From NCBI GenBank assembly GCA_963746845.1, contig CAVVCZ010000005.1, forward strand, positions 32,001 through 96,000: a stretch of DNA of 64,000 nt. Reading direction: 5' to 3'. Source of the DNA: an uncultured Chloroflexia bacterium. Its GTDB lineage: Bacteria; Chloroflexota; Limnocylindria; Limnocylindrales; CSP1-4. Under the pieces are notes generated by a model. That model was not told the DNA's origin and made no database searches. It saw only the letters and a list, made by a program, of their open reading frames with translations. Positions 48,326 through 57,617 of the stretch are shown here, one piece after another (the first letter of the stretch is position 1; each line of letters starts with the position of its first letter). Position numbers and translations under genes: made by a program.

Positions 48326-48342
48326 CCGCTACCATCGGGCGC

Positions 48343-48942
48343 ATGACCGTCGCACCGGATCGCGTCGAGCCCGTCAGGCTCCAGGGCCGGATCGTCCGGC
48401 TCGAGCCGCTCGAGCTCGAGCACATCCCGCAGCTCGCCGAGGTCGCCCTCGACCCGGCGATCTGGCGCTGGACGATCGCCCGCCCGACGACCGAGGCGGA
48501 TCTCCGCGTGTGGGCCGAGACCGCGCTCCGGGCACGCGACGCCGGCACGGAGTTGCCGTTCGTGACCCTCGAGGCGTCGACCGGCCGCCCGATCGGCAGC
48601 AGTCGGTACATGAACATCGTCCTCGAGCACCGCCGGCTGGAGATCGGCTGGACGTGGGTCGCGCCGCCGTGGCAGCGATCGGGCGCGAACCGCGAGGCGA
48701 AGCTGCTGATGCTGACCCACGCGTTCGAGGCCCTCGGCTGCCGACGCGTTGAGTTCAAGACCGACTCGAACAACGAACCCTCGCGGACCGCGCTGCTCGG
48801 GATCGGGGCGACGTTCGAGGGGATCTTCCGCAAGCACATGGTCATGCCCGGCGACGGCGTCCGGCACTCGGCCTGGTACAGCGTGATCGACGACGACTGG
48901 CCGGCGGTCCGGGCTCACCTCGAGGATCGGCTTCGTCGCTGA
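48343..48942 (+). CDS. GNAT (RimJ/RimL-like) acetyltransferase
   Basis: LEIGWTW..NREAKLLMLTHAFE..RVEFKTD..N..SR..GATFEGIFR. Confidence 0.9.
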   Translation: MTVAPDRVEPVRLQGRIVRLEPLELEHIPQLAEVALDPAIWRWTIARPTTEADLRVWAETALRARDAGTELPFVTLEASTGRPIGSSRYMNIVLEHRRLEIGWTWVAPPWQRSGANREAKLLMLTHAFEALGCRRVEFKTDSNNEPSRTALLGIGATFEGIFRKHMVMPGDGVRHSAWYSVIDDDWPAVRAHLEDRLRR

Positions 48943-49003
48943 GGGCCGATCTGCGATCATCGACGCGGGGTTCGACGACGACAGCGCGGAGTGGAGGCGC
49001 CGG

Positions 49004-49387
49004 ATGAAGGGTTTCGTCATCGGGACGATCGTGACGGCGATCGCGTTCGCCGCCGTGGTCAAGTTCGTGCCTCACATCACGTTCGACGGCCAGGTCACGA
49101 CCCTGATCGCCCTCTCGCTCATCGCGGGCGTGGTGAACGGCCTGATCAAGCCGATCGTCCGTCTGCTGGCGCTCCCGATCCGGATGATGACCCTGGGCCT
49201 GATCGGCTTCGTGATCAACGCGGGCTTGCTGCTCTTCATCGCGTGGATCGCCGGCAAGCTGGAGATCAAGTTCGCGATCGCCGGGTTCCCGCCGGACTTC
49301 ACGATCGACGCCGTCGTCTGGGCCGTCGTCGCGTCGATCGTCCTGAGCGTCACGAGCACCGCCGTCGGGCTCCTCGTCCACGACTGA
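49004..49387 (+). CDS. 4-TM YvlD/DUF360 ('phage holin superfamily IV') membrane protein
   Basis: GVVNGLIKPIVRLLALPIRMMTLGLIGFVINA motif. Confidence 0.85.
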   Translation: MKGFVIGTIVTAIAFAAVVKFVPHITFDGQVTTLIALSLIAGVVNGLIKPIVRLLALPIRMMTLGLIGFVINAGLLLFIAWIAGKLEIKFAIAGFPPDFTIDAVVWAVVASIVLSVTSTAVGLLVHD

Positions 49388-49391
49388 TCCG

Positions 49392-50702
49392 GTGGACCGT
49401 CTGGCGGGGATCGCGGACGCGCTGCGGTCGGCGGCCCGCCGGCACGGGACGCCGCTCTACGTCACCGACGCGGCGACGATCGACGCCGCGGCAGAAGAGC
49501 TCGCGACGGCGTTCCCCGATCCGTGGATCCGCCAGTACTCCGTCAAGGCGAACGACGTCGCGGCGGTCGTCGCCCTCGTCACCGGCGGCGAGCCCGGCCG
49601 GGATCCCGGCGCCGCGATCGGCGCCAACGTCGTGTCGCGTGGCGAATGGGCGGTGGCCCGGGCGGCCGGTGTCCCGAACGCGCGGATCACGTTCGAGGGC
49701 GTCGGCAAGACGGATTCGGACCTGGCCGCGGCGACCCGGGCGACGGCCGACGGCGACCCCCCGCTGTGGCTGGCGATCGAGTCGGCCGACGAGGCCGCGG
49801 CGCTGATCGAGCGGGCTCGCCGAGCCGGCCTCGGCGCCGGCGGTCGCCCGGCGCTCGACGTCCTGTTCCGGCTCAACCCGGACGTCGCGCCCGAGACGCA
49901 GGCCGTCCTCGCGGTCGGCAGCGGCGGCTCGAAATTCGGGATGACCGAGACCGAGCTGAGCGCGACGGTGGAGCGGCTCGCCGGAGCGGGGCCCGGCCTC
50001 CGCCCACGGGGGATCCACCTGCATGTCGGCTCGCAGCTCGGGGCGGTGGATGCGTGGCGGGACGCGGTCCGTCGCGGGCTGGCGGTGCTGGGTCTGCTCC
50101 GCGGCTCCCTGCCCGACTTCGACACCCTCGACGTCGGCGGCGGCTTCGCGGTCCCCCCGTTCGACGAGCCTGGACCGTCCCCGGAGCGGTTCGGCCGTGA
50201 GCTGCCCGCCCTCCTCGAGACGATCCCGCCCGACCGCCGGCCGGGCCGGTTCGCGATCGAGCCCGGACGGTTCCTGGTCGCCCGAGCGGGCTGGCTGGTC
50301 GCGAGCGTGCTCCACGTCCGCGACCGGGGCGGGCCGCAGGTCGTGCTCGACACGGGAATGACGGAGATCATCCGGCCCGCCCTGTACGGCGGCCGCCACC
50401 CGATCGTCGCCCTCACATCCCTCGGTGAGCCCGTCGAGCCCCAGGCGTCGTCCGCGGTGTCGCCGTCCGCCGAGGAAGCTGTGCTCCACGGCCCGATCTG
50501 CGAGTCGACCGACGAGCTCGGCGATCACCGGTTGCCGCCGCTCCGACGGGGCGATCTGGTCGTGATCCGGGACGCGGGGGCGTACGCGGCGAGCCTTTCG
50601 TCGACCTACAACGGCCGGCCGCGACCGCCGCAGGTGATCCTGGCAACGGACGGCCGGCCGGTCCTGGCGCGCCGTCGTGGGTCGACGGCGCGCCTCGGCT
50701 GA
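49392..50702 (+). CDS. lysA: Diaminopimelate decarboxylase family
   Basis: GTPLYV, YSVKAN (PLP Lys), SKFG, HLHVGSQ, DVGGG, IEPGR, RPALY, GPICESTD and GAY..YN. Confidence 0.85.
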   Translation: MDRLAGIADALRSAARRHGTPLYVTDAATIDAAAEELATAFPDPWIRQYSVKANDVAAVVALVTGGEPGRDPGAAIGANVVSRGEWAVARAAGVPNARITFEGVGKTDSDLAAATRATADGDPPLWLAIESADEAAALIERARRAGLGAGGRPALDVLFRLNPDVAPETQAVLAVGSGGSKFGMTETELSATVERLAGAGPGLRPRGIHLHVGSQLGAVDAWRDAVRRGLAVLGLLRGSLPDFDTLDVGGGFAVPPFDEPGPSPERFGRELPALLETIPPDRRPGRFAIEPGRFLVARAGWLVASVLHVRDRGGPQVVLDTGMTEIIRPALYGGRHPIVALTSLGEPVEPQASSAVSPSAEEAVLHGPICESTDELGDHRLPPLRRGDLVVIRDAGAYAASLSSTYNGRPRPPQVILATDGRPVLARRRGSTARLG

Positions 50703-50704
50703 GG

Positions 50705-51496
50705 CTACTTCCAGCGGGTGAGGATCGTCTCCCGGCCGAACAGCCGGGCCGCGACGCGCAGCCCGACCAGCCCGACGATCGTGACCACGCCCGCCGCGGC
50801 GAGGTACTGGCGGGCGGCCAGCAGCTGGCCGGACGACAGCTGGATGACCATGAACCCGACGAGCGGGAGCACGATCACGGTCCCGATCTGCTGGGCCGAG
50901 CGCGGATCGCCGACCCGCGAGCTGATCGCGACCCCGGCCACCACGGACACGAGCCCGATCGCGGGCCCGAGCGCGAACACGGTCACGAGCCAGGTCGGGT
51001 CGACGACGATCCTCGCCAGCTCCGGCCCGAGCACGACCCCCGAGATCAGGATCAGCGCTCCGTAGGCCAGCCACACCGTGCCGACCGCCGGGACGATCGC
51101 GGCGATCGCCTTGCCCGTCAGGAGCTCCTCGGTCGAGATCGGGGCGGCGATCACGGCCTCCAGGCTGCGGGTCTGCTTCTCGCCGACGATCGAGTAGGAC
51201 GCGATCGCCAACGGGATCGTCGCCGGCATCAGCAGGAAGAACACCATCATCTGCTGCAGGCCGAACGCGTCGGCGATCTGCTTCGGGTTGAAGGCGGCCC
51301 ATTCGGGCCGGCTCGCGATGACGTTCTGGATGACCTGCGGCGGCAGGTCGGTCTTCGTGCCGAACGACGTCACGAGGATCGGCAGGCTCACGAGCAGCAC
51401 GGGCGGAACGACGATCGCGGCGAGGAGCGTCCGGTTCCGGACGATCTCGAGGAGCTCGCGGCGAACGACGGCCGTGACGATGGAGGGGCGGATCAC
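50705..51496 (-). CDS. ABC-2 type permease
   Basis: SIVGEKQTRSLEAVIAAPISTEELLTGK motif and 6 TMs. Confidence 0.87.
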   Translation of the reverse strand: MIRPSIVTAVVRRELLEIVRNRTLLAAIVVPPVLLVSLPILVTSFGTKTDLPPQVIQNVIASRPEWAAFNPKQIADAFGLQQMMVFFLLMPATIPLAIASYSIVGEKQTRSLEAVIAAPISTEELLTGKAIAAIVPAVGTVWLAYGALILISGVVLGPELARIVVDPTWLVTVFALGPAIGLVSVVAGVAISSRVGDPRSAQQIGTVIVLPLVGFMVIQLSSGQLLAARQYLAAAGVVTIVGLVGLRVAARLFGRETILTRWK

Positions 51497-52467
51497 GAGG
51501 GGGCTCCGGTGGTGGCGGGCGCGATGCCCATGACGTCGAAGTAGACGGATTCGAGGCTGGGAGCCTCGGATCGGATGCCGAGGATCGCGGCGCCCCGCCC
51601 GACGAGGAGGCGGGCGAGCTCCGGCGTGGCGTGGTCCGGGTCGGCGACGCGGACACGCAACGAGCGGTCGTCGACCGCCAGGTCGCGGACGAACGCCCGG
51701 TCCCGGACGGCGGCGACGAGGTCGGCCTCGGGTGCCGAGGCGAGGTCGGCCACGACGACGGGCTCGGCGGCCGCGGCCTGCAGCCGGGCCGGGCTGTCCA
51801 CGCGCAGCAGCCGTCCGCGGATGAACCCGACACGGTCCGCGAGGCGCTGGACCTCGTCGAGGTTGTGGCTGGCGAGGATGATCGTCCGGCCCTCGCGCTT
51901 GAGGGTCGCCATCGCGTCGCGGACGATGTGGGCCGCCTCGGGATCAAGACCGGAGGTCGGCTCGTCGAGGAACAGCACCTTCGGCTCGTGGAGCAGCGCG
52001 CGGGCGATCGCCAGCTTCTGCTTCATCCCCTTGCTGAACGCGCCGACGCGATCGTGGCGTCGGTCGTCGAGACCGAAGAGGTGGAGGAGCTCGCCGATCC
52101 GGCGGGCGCGCTCGGCGGCGGGGATGCCATGGAGTCGGCCGAAGAAGTCGAGGTTCTCGTCGGCGCTGAGCCGCTCGTAGAGCGACGGCGTCTCGGTCAG
52201 CAGGCCGACCCGGCGCCGGACCTCCCCGGGATCGGCGGCAACGTCGATCCCGTCGAGCCAGGCGTTGCCGGCCGACGGGCCGATGAGGGCGGTCAGCATC
52301 CGGACGGTCGTGGTCTTGCCGGCGCCGTTGGGTCCGAGCAGGGCGAAGACCTCGCCCGGTGCGAGCTCGAGGTCGAGGTCCCGGATCGCCCACTGGTCGC
52401 CGAACCGGCGACCGAGGCCGACGGCGCGGACCATCGGGCGGTCCGTGATGGTGATCGGGAGAGGCAT
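51493..52467 (-). CDS. ABC transporter ATP-binding protein
   Basis: GPNGAGKTT, FSKGMKQK and LFLDEPTSGLD motifs. Confidence 0.92.
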   Translation of the reverse strand: MPLPITITDRPMVRAVGLGRRFGDQWAIRDLDLELAPGEVFALLGPNGAGKTTTVRMLTALIGPSAGNAWLDGIDVAADPGEVRRRVGLLTETPSLYERLSADENLDFFGRLHGIPAAERARRIGELLHLFGLDDRRHDRVGAFSKGMKQKLAIARALLHEPKVLFLDEPTSGLDPEAAHIVRDAMATLKREGRTIILASHNLDEVQRLADRVGFIRGRLLRVDSPARLQAAAAEPVVVADLASAPEADLVAAVRDRAFVRDLAVDDRSLRVRVADPDHATPELARLLVGRGAAILGIRSEAPSLESVYFDVMGIAPATTGAPS

Positions 52468-52570
52468 GGGATCCGGAGCTCCTGGGTGCGCTGCCGGCGG
52501 TAGTCGCCGGTCTGGCCGGATCGTGGTCCACGCGCGCTCGCGCGCCATCGGGCCGTGGTCGGAACCTGGC

Positions 52571-52618
52571 CTCCCCCGCGCGGCGGATCGTGGGACGTCG
52601 ACTCCCCCTCGAGACGGA
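52571..52618. promoter_or_regulatory. Candidate NarL-type response-regulator binding sites
   Basis: Two imperfect copies, CTCCCCCGCGCGGCGGA and CTCCCCCTCGAGACGGA, 31 bp apart between the response regulator and the ABC operon. Confidence 0.5.
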
Positions 52619-52628
52619 GCCGCCCCGG

Positions 52629-53309
52629 TCAGCCCTGCGCCGTGACGAGCCCCGACTCGTAGGCGAAGACCACCGCCTGGACGCGGTCCCGCAGCTCGAG
52701 CTTCGCGAGGATGCTCGAGACGTGGGTCTTGACGGTCGCCTCGCCCACGACCAGCTGCTCGGCGATCTCTGCGTTCGTGAGACCTCGCGCGACGAGGACG
52801 AGGACCTCGCGCTCGCGGTCCGTGAGGTGGGCGAGGGGTCCGCGATCCGCGACGGGCGCCGGGGTGGCCGCGACGTACGCTTCGATCAGGCGGCGGGTCA
52901 CGGTCGGTCCGAGGAGCGCGCCGCCGTCGGCGACCGCCCGGACGGCGGCGACGAGGTCGTCGGGCGGGGCGTTCTTCAGGAGGAAGCCGCTGGCGCCGCT
53001 CCGGATCGCCTCGAAGACGTACGCGTCGACCTCGAACGTCGTGAGGATCACGACCCGGGTCGTGGCCCCATCCGGCCCGGACACGATCCGGCGGGTCGCC
53101 TCGAGGCCGTCCGTCCCCGCCATCTGGATGTCCATCAGCACGACGTCCGGTCGCAGGAGGTGGACCGCCTCGATCGCGGCGGCGCCGTCGGCCGCCTCGC
53201 CGACGACGTCGATGTCGTCCTCCGCACCAAGGATCATCCGAAAGCCGCCCCGGACCATCGCCTGATCGTCGACGAGGAGCACCCGGATCCGACGCTCGCC
53301 CGGCATCAC
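52629..53309 (-). CDS. NarL/FixJ-family response regulator
   Basis: VLLVDDQ, DVVLMDIQM, GFLLK and LTDREREVL..TVKTHVSSIL. Confidence 0.93.
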   Translation of the reverse strand: MMPGERRIRVLLVDDQAMVRGGFRMILGAEDDIDVVGEAADGAAAIEAVHLLRPDVVLMDIQMAGTDGLEATRRIVSGPDGATTRVVILTTFEVDAYVFEAIRSGASGFLLKNAPPDDLVAAVRAVADGGALLGPTVTRRLIEAYVAATPAPVADRGPLAHLTDREREVLVLVARGLTNAEIAEQLVVGEATVKTHVSSILAKLELRDRVQAVVFAYESGLVTAQG

Positions 53310-54172
53310 GCGGTGCCCGTCATCGGCAGGAGGGCCCGGACGACGAAGCCGCCCTCGGGTCGCGGTCCCGCGGTCAGCTCGCCGCCGAACAGCGCGACGC
53401 GTTCGCGCATCCCCACGATCCCGCGCCCACCGCCGTCGCTGCCGCTGCCGCCGCCCGCTCCCCCGCCGTCGTCGCTGATCAACAGCTCGACGGACCGCTG
53501 GGCGAAGCGGACGCGGACCTCCGCGTTCGTCCCGGGGCCGCCGTGCTTCAAAGCGTTCGTGAGCGCCTCCTGGACGATGCGATAGATCGACAGGTCGAGC
53601 GTCGCCGGGAGGCTGTCCGGCGGTTTGCCCTCGACGAGGAGCTCGACCGGCAGCCCGGCGTCGCGGCTGGCCGAGGCCAGCGCCGGGAGCTGGCCGATGC
53701 CGGGACGGCCCTCGGTCGTGGTCGTGTCGTCCGTCGCGCGGAGCACCCCGAGCAGCTGCTGGAGCTCGACGACAGCCTGCCGGCTCGTGGCCTCGATCGC
53801 CTCGAGCGCGGCGGCGGCTTCGTCGGGTCGCTTGTCGAGGATTCGCCGCGCTCCCGCCGCCTGGACGCCCATCACGCTGACATGATGGGCGACGACATCG
53901 TGGAGCTCCCGGGCGATCCGCAGGCGCTCGTCGATCACGACGCGGCGAGCCTGCTCCTCGCGACCGCGCTGGCGTCGCCGCGACCAGGCGATCAGGGCCG
54001 CGAAGAGCCCGCCGGCGAGGAGCGCGCCGAGGATGTTGACCAACGGGACGGCGTCGTGGGCACCGTTGGCGAACGCGGCAAGCCCGGCCGCGAAGCCGGC
54101 AGAGATCAAGAGCCGATCGAATGCGACCGGATGCTCCGCGATCCGGCGACGGAGGGCGACGAGCGGGCGCAT
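53306..54172 (-). CDS. HisKA_3 sensor histidine kinase with a minimal 2-TM input
   Basis: ERLRIARELHDVVAH, YRIVQEALTNALKH and GRGIVGMRERV. Confidence 0.9.
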   Translation of the reverse strand: MRPLVALRRRIAEHPVAFDRLLISAGFAAGLAAFANGAHDAVPLVNILGALLAGGLFAALIAWSRRRQRGREEQARRVVIDERLRIARELHDVVAHHVSVMGVQAAGARRILDKRPDEAAAALEAIEATSRQAVVELQQLLGVLRATDDTTTTEGRPGIGQLPALASASRDAGLPVELLVEGKPPDSLPATLDLSIYRIVQEALTNALKHGGPGTNAEVRVRFAQRSVELLISDDGGGAGGGSGSDGGGRGIVGMRERVALFGGELTAGPRPEGGFVVRALLPMTGTA

Positions 54173-54208
54173 GGCCAGCGAAGCGTAGGGCACGCTAGGC
54201 TCTGCGCG

Positions 54209-55969
54209 ATGGACCCGTCACGTCGCCGTCTCGACCGTCGTGCATCCGCCGTGATCGCGGTGGCGGTGGCGACGCTCGCGCTGCTCCTCGCACCTGCGGT
54301 CCTGGCCGCGGGACCGCCCTACCCGGATCCGACGCCCGCCGTCCGCGTCTACGACGGCGCGCGGATCTTCCGACCCGACACGATCGCGAAGGTCGAGGCG
54401 ACGATCCGCGGGATCGAGGACCGAACCGGTGCCCAGGTCGTCGTCATGACCCAGGGCGTCGAGGACGGCCGCACGACCGAGGAGGCGGATCAGGACGCCC
54501 GCGCCCTGATGGACCAGTGGGGTGTCGGGCGGAAGGGGTTCGACGACGGGCTCGTGATCCTGTTCGACATGTACCCGGGCAACGAGCACGGACAGGTGAT
54601 CCTGTACGGCGGCCCGGGCTTCCGCGCGACCTTCCTCGACAACGCCGAGAAGCAGCGGATCTTCGACGAGGACATGCTCCCGAAGCTGCGCGGCGGCGAC
54701 TTCGACGGGGCGCTCCTCGCCGCGATCGCGAAGGTCGACGCGGCCGCGACGCCGGAGCATGCGGCGACGCTCGAACGCGGGCGCCAGGTCGACGCCGTCC
54801 TCGGGCTCCTCGTCGCGCCGGTCCTGGCCCTCCTGATCATCGGCCGGGCCCTCTGGTCGTGGCGACGGTACGGCAAGGATCCCGTCTACCTCGACGATCC
54901 GTCGGTCCTGATGGCCGGACCGCCCGAGGCGCTGACCCCGGCGAGCGGCGTCTTCGTCATGGACGGGCATTCGTCGCGGCGGGCCCTCACGAGCGCGATG
55001 CTCGACCTCGCGAGCCGCGGCCGGATCGCGTTCCGCGAGGAGCACGGGCTGTTCGGGATCGGCCGGAAGGTCGGGATCGAGACCAGGCCGCCGGATCCCG
55101 ACGCGAACACGCTCGCCCGTCAGCGGCTCAACGACATCCGTCCGCTCGGCCCGGCCGAGGCCGTCGCCGATCAACGACTTCGCGCGGTCAAGCACGACGT
55201 GACGGGCTACATCGAGCCGGACGACCTGCTCGAGTTCGGATCGGCCGTGGCGGCCTTCGACCGCGCCCTCGAGGCGGAGGTCGTGAAGCGCGGCTGGTAT
55301 GGCGAGAAGCCGTCCGGCGTGATCGCCCGCTGGTCGGTCCGCGGCGTGATCCTCGCGATCCTCGGCGGGGTGGGCGTCTTCATCGGGTTCAGCCTCCCGT
55401 TCAACGGCCTGCTCGTCCTCGGCATCGCCCTCGTCGTCGCCGGGATCGCCGTTCTCCTCATCGGGCGACAGATGCCATCGGTCACGCTGCCGGGCGCGAT
55501 GATCCGGGCGATGCTCGCCGCCTACCGGCGCACGTTGAAGAAGACGATGGACGCGGCCCGCTCGATGGACCAGGTCGTCGCGGAAGCGGGGCTCCCGTGG
55601 CTCACGACGCCGGATCAGGCGGTCGTGTGGGGAACCGCGCTCGGACTGCACGCCGAGATCGAGAACGTGCTCGAGCGAAGCCTCGAGGACCAGCGCGAGG
55701 GTCGCGTCGCCGCCGGGTCCACGTGGCTACCGGTGTGGTACGGCACGAACGCGGGCGGCGCCGGGTTCCAGAGCGCCGGGGACTTCGCCGGGTCCGGGGC
55801 GGGCAGCGGCGGGGTCTTCTCCAGCTCGGCGATCCCGAACATCGGCGGGATGATGGCGGCGCTAGGGACGATCGGGAACTCGCCGTCGTCGTCGGGTGGC
55901 GGCGGGGGCGGGGGGTTCGGTGGCGGCGGTTCGGGCGGCGGCGGAGGCGGATCCGGCGGCGGGTTCTAG
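54209..55969 (+). CDS. TPM-domain / DUF2207-like membrane protein with a Gly-rich tail
   Basis: Signal peptide, VYDGARIF..WGVGRKGFDDGLVIL (TPM), TM segments and a terminal GGGFGGGGSGGGGGGSGGGF. Confidence 0.8.
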   Translation: MDPSRRRLDRRASAVIAVAVATLALLLAPAVLAAGPPYPDPTPAVRVYDGARIFRPDTIAKVEATIRGIEDRTGAQVVVMTQGVEDGRTTEEADQDARALMDQWGVGRKGFDDGLVILFDMYPGNEHGQVILYGGPGFRATFLDNAEKQRIFDEDMLPKLRGGDFDGALLAAIAKVDAAATPEHAATLERGRQVDAVLGLLVAPVLALLIIGRALWSWRRYGKDPVYLDDPSVLMAGPPEALTPASGVFVMDGHSSRRALTSAMLDLASRGRIAFREEHGLFGIGRKVGIETRPPDPDANTLARQRLNDIRPLGPAEAVADQRLRAVKHDVTGYIEPDDLLEFGSAVAAFDRALEAEVVKRGWYGEKPSGVIARWSVRGVILAILGGVGVFIGFSLPFNGLLVLGIALVVAGIAVLLIGRQMPSVTLPGAMIRAMLAAYRRTLKKTMDAARSMDQVVAEAGLPWLTTPDQAVVWGTALGLHAEIENVLERSLEDQREGRVAAGSTWLPVWYGTNAGGAGFQSAGDFAGSGAGSGGVFSSSAIPNIGGMMAALGTIGNSPSSSGGGGGGGFGGGGSGGGGGGSGGGF

Positions 55970-57219
55970 ACCCGCGTCTCGGACGCCGCGACGGCGATCT
56001 CGCCGAGCGCCGCAGCCAGACGCTCCACGTCGTCCGGCCCGTTGTGCAGCGCGCTCGAGATCCGGATCAGGCGGCGGGCCGGTTCCCGCGATTCCGCAGC
56101 CGGCACCGGCCACGGATAGATCGGGACCTCGATCCGGTAGTCGTCGATCAGGCGCTGCTGCAACGGGTCGGTGTCGAGCGGCGAGGAGCCGCCACCCGCG
56201 GTCGCGAGCGGGCCTTCCCGGGGCAGCGGCAGCGCAACCATCGAGCCGAACATCGACGCGGGCGCAGCAACGGCCGGCGCGCGTCTGAGCGCCCGGGCCA
56301 TCACCTCCCGGGCCGTCTCGGACAGACGGTGGTTCCGCTCCATCACGGCCGGCCACCCGCCGTCGAGCAACCCGCCGACGAAGGTCAGTGCATCGGGGAC
56401 CGCGAGCCATGGGGTCGGGTCCAGCGTGCCCTGCCAGTCGAACTCGGCTCGGTACCGGGTCGGCGCGCCACGCTCGCCGAGGGTCGCGTTGGCGCCGTGC
56501 GAGATCGTCGTGGGCCGGAGCCCTGGCTGGCGGTCGCGCCGGGCGTGGAGGAAGCCTGCGCCCTTCGGCGCGCACACCCACTTGTGGAGGTTGCCGGTGT
56601 ACCACGCCGCCCCGATCGCCTCGAGGTCGAGCGGCACCATCCCGGGCGCGTGTGCGCCGTCGACGAGGGTCTCGATGCCGCGCGCGGCGAGAGCGGCCAC
56701 CAGCCGCCGCACGGGGAACACGAGCGCGGTCGGGCTCGTGACGTGGCTGAAGACGGCCAGCCGCGTCCGGTCCGTGGCCGCGCCAAGGATCGCCTCGACG
56801 ACGTCGTCCTCGCCCGCGACCGGGAACGGGATCCGGGCGACGACGACCCGGGCGCCGTCCCGCTCGGCGACATGCCGGAGGATGTTGATGATCGCGTTGT
56901 ACTCGTGGTCGTCGGTGAGCAGCTCGTCGCCCGGCGCGAACCGGAGCGAGCGCACGACCGCGTTGACGCCACCCGTCGCGTTGGCGACGAACGCGAGATC
57001 GTCCGGATCGGCGCCGACGAAGGCGCCCAGTGCGGCGCGTGCCCGGGCCAGCTCGCCGGGCAGGTCCCGCGCGAGGAACTGGACCGGTCGCGCCTCGAGC
57101 CGATCCCGCCACGCGCGCTGCGCCTCCAGGACGGGCAGCGGGCACGACCCGAACGAGCCGTGATTCAGGAACGTGATCGACGGGTCCAGCGGCCAGAGGG
57201 GGGCCAGGTCCGACGGCAT
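55966..57219 (-). CDS. Class V PLP aminotransferase/lyase (isopenicillin-N epimerase or EgtE/Egt2-like)
   Basis: FLNHGSFGSCP, SHVTSPTA, VDGAHAPG, GNLHKW and FDWQGTLD. Confidence 0.87.
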   Translation of the reverse strand: MPSDLAPLWPLDPSITFLNHGSFGSCPLPVLEAQRAWRDRLEARPVQFLARDLPGELARARAALGAFVGADPDDLAFVANATGGVNAVVRSLRFAPGDELLTDDHEYNAIINILRHVAERDGARVVVARIPFPVAGEDDVVEAILGAATDRTRLAVFSHVTSPTALVFPVRRLVAALAARGIETLVDGAHAPGMVPLDLEAIGAAWYTGNLHKWVCAPKGAGFLHARRDRQPGLRPTTISHGANATLGERGAPTRYRAEFDWQGTLDPTPWLAVPDALTFVGGLLDGGWPAVMERNHRLSETAREVMARALRRAPAVAAPASMFGSMVALPLPREGPLATAGGGSSPLDTDPLQQRLIDDYRIEVPIYPWPVPAAESREPARRLIRISSALHNGPDDVERLAAALGEIAVAASETRV

Positions 57220-57248
57220 GGCCGGATCATGACGGGTACACTCGGGAC

Positions 57249-57578
57249 GTGGGTGCCGTCGACACGATGGAGAGCTTCTTCGAGCTGTTGAACGCAGGCG
57301 AGCGCGAGGCAGCCGTGGGGCTGATGGCGGAGAACGCCGAGATGCGGATCCATGTCGGCGACAGCGCGCAGACCCTGCGCGGCGTCGACCGCGTCGGCGG
57401 CTGGTTCCTCCGCGGCGACGCCGGGCTCCGGATGATTCCGGGCGAGGTCCGCGACACCGGCAACACCTATGAGGCGGACGTCCTCGTCGTGCGCCCGGGG
57501 GCGCCGTCGCTCCACCTCGACGCGACGTTCCGCGTGGAGGCCGGCAAGATCACCTCGATCAACCTCGCGCCGCGATAG
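57249..57578 (+). CDS. Small SnoaL/NTF2-like protein
   Basis: FFELLNAGEREAAVGLMAENA..FRVEAGKITSI. GTG lies 6 nt after TACACT. Confidence 0.65.
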   Translation: MGAVDTMESFFELLNAGEREAAVGLMAENAEMRIHVGDSAQTLRGVDRVGGWFLRGDAGLRMIPGEVRDTGNTYEADVLVVRPGAPSLHLDATFRVEAGKITSINLAPR

Positions 57579-57617
57579 GCGCGCTCGGCGTCGACGACTC
57601 CGCCGGCTGCCCGGGTG

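Noticed and set aside
49004-49387. 'Phage holin' as evidence of a prophage
   Set aside because: The YvlD/DUF360 family is usually chromosomal. Its neighbours are a GNAT and lysA, with no phage genes.
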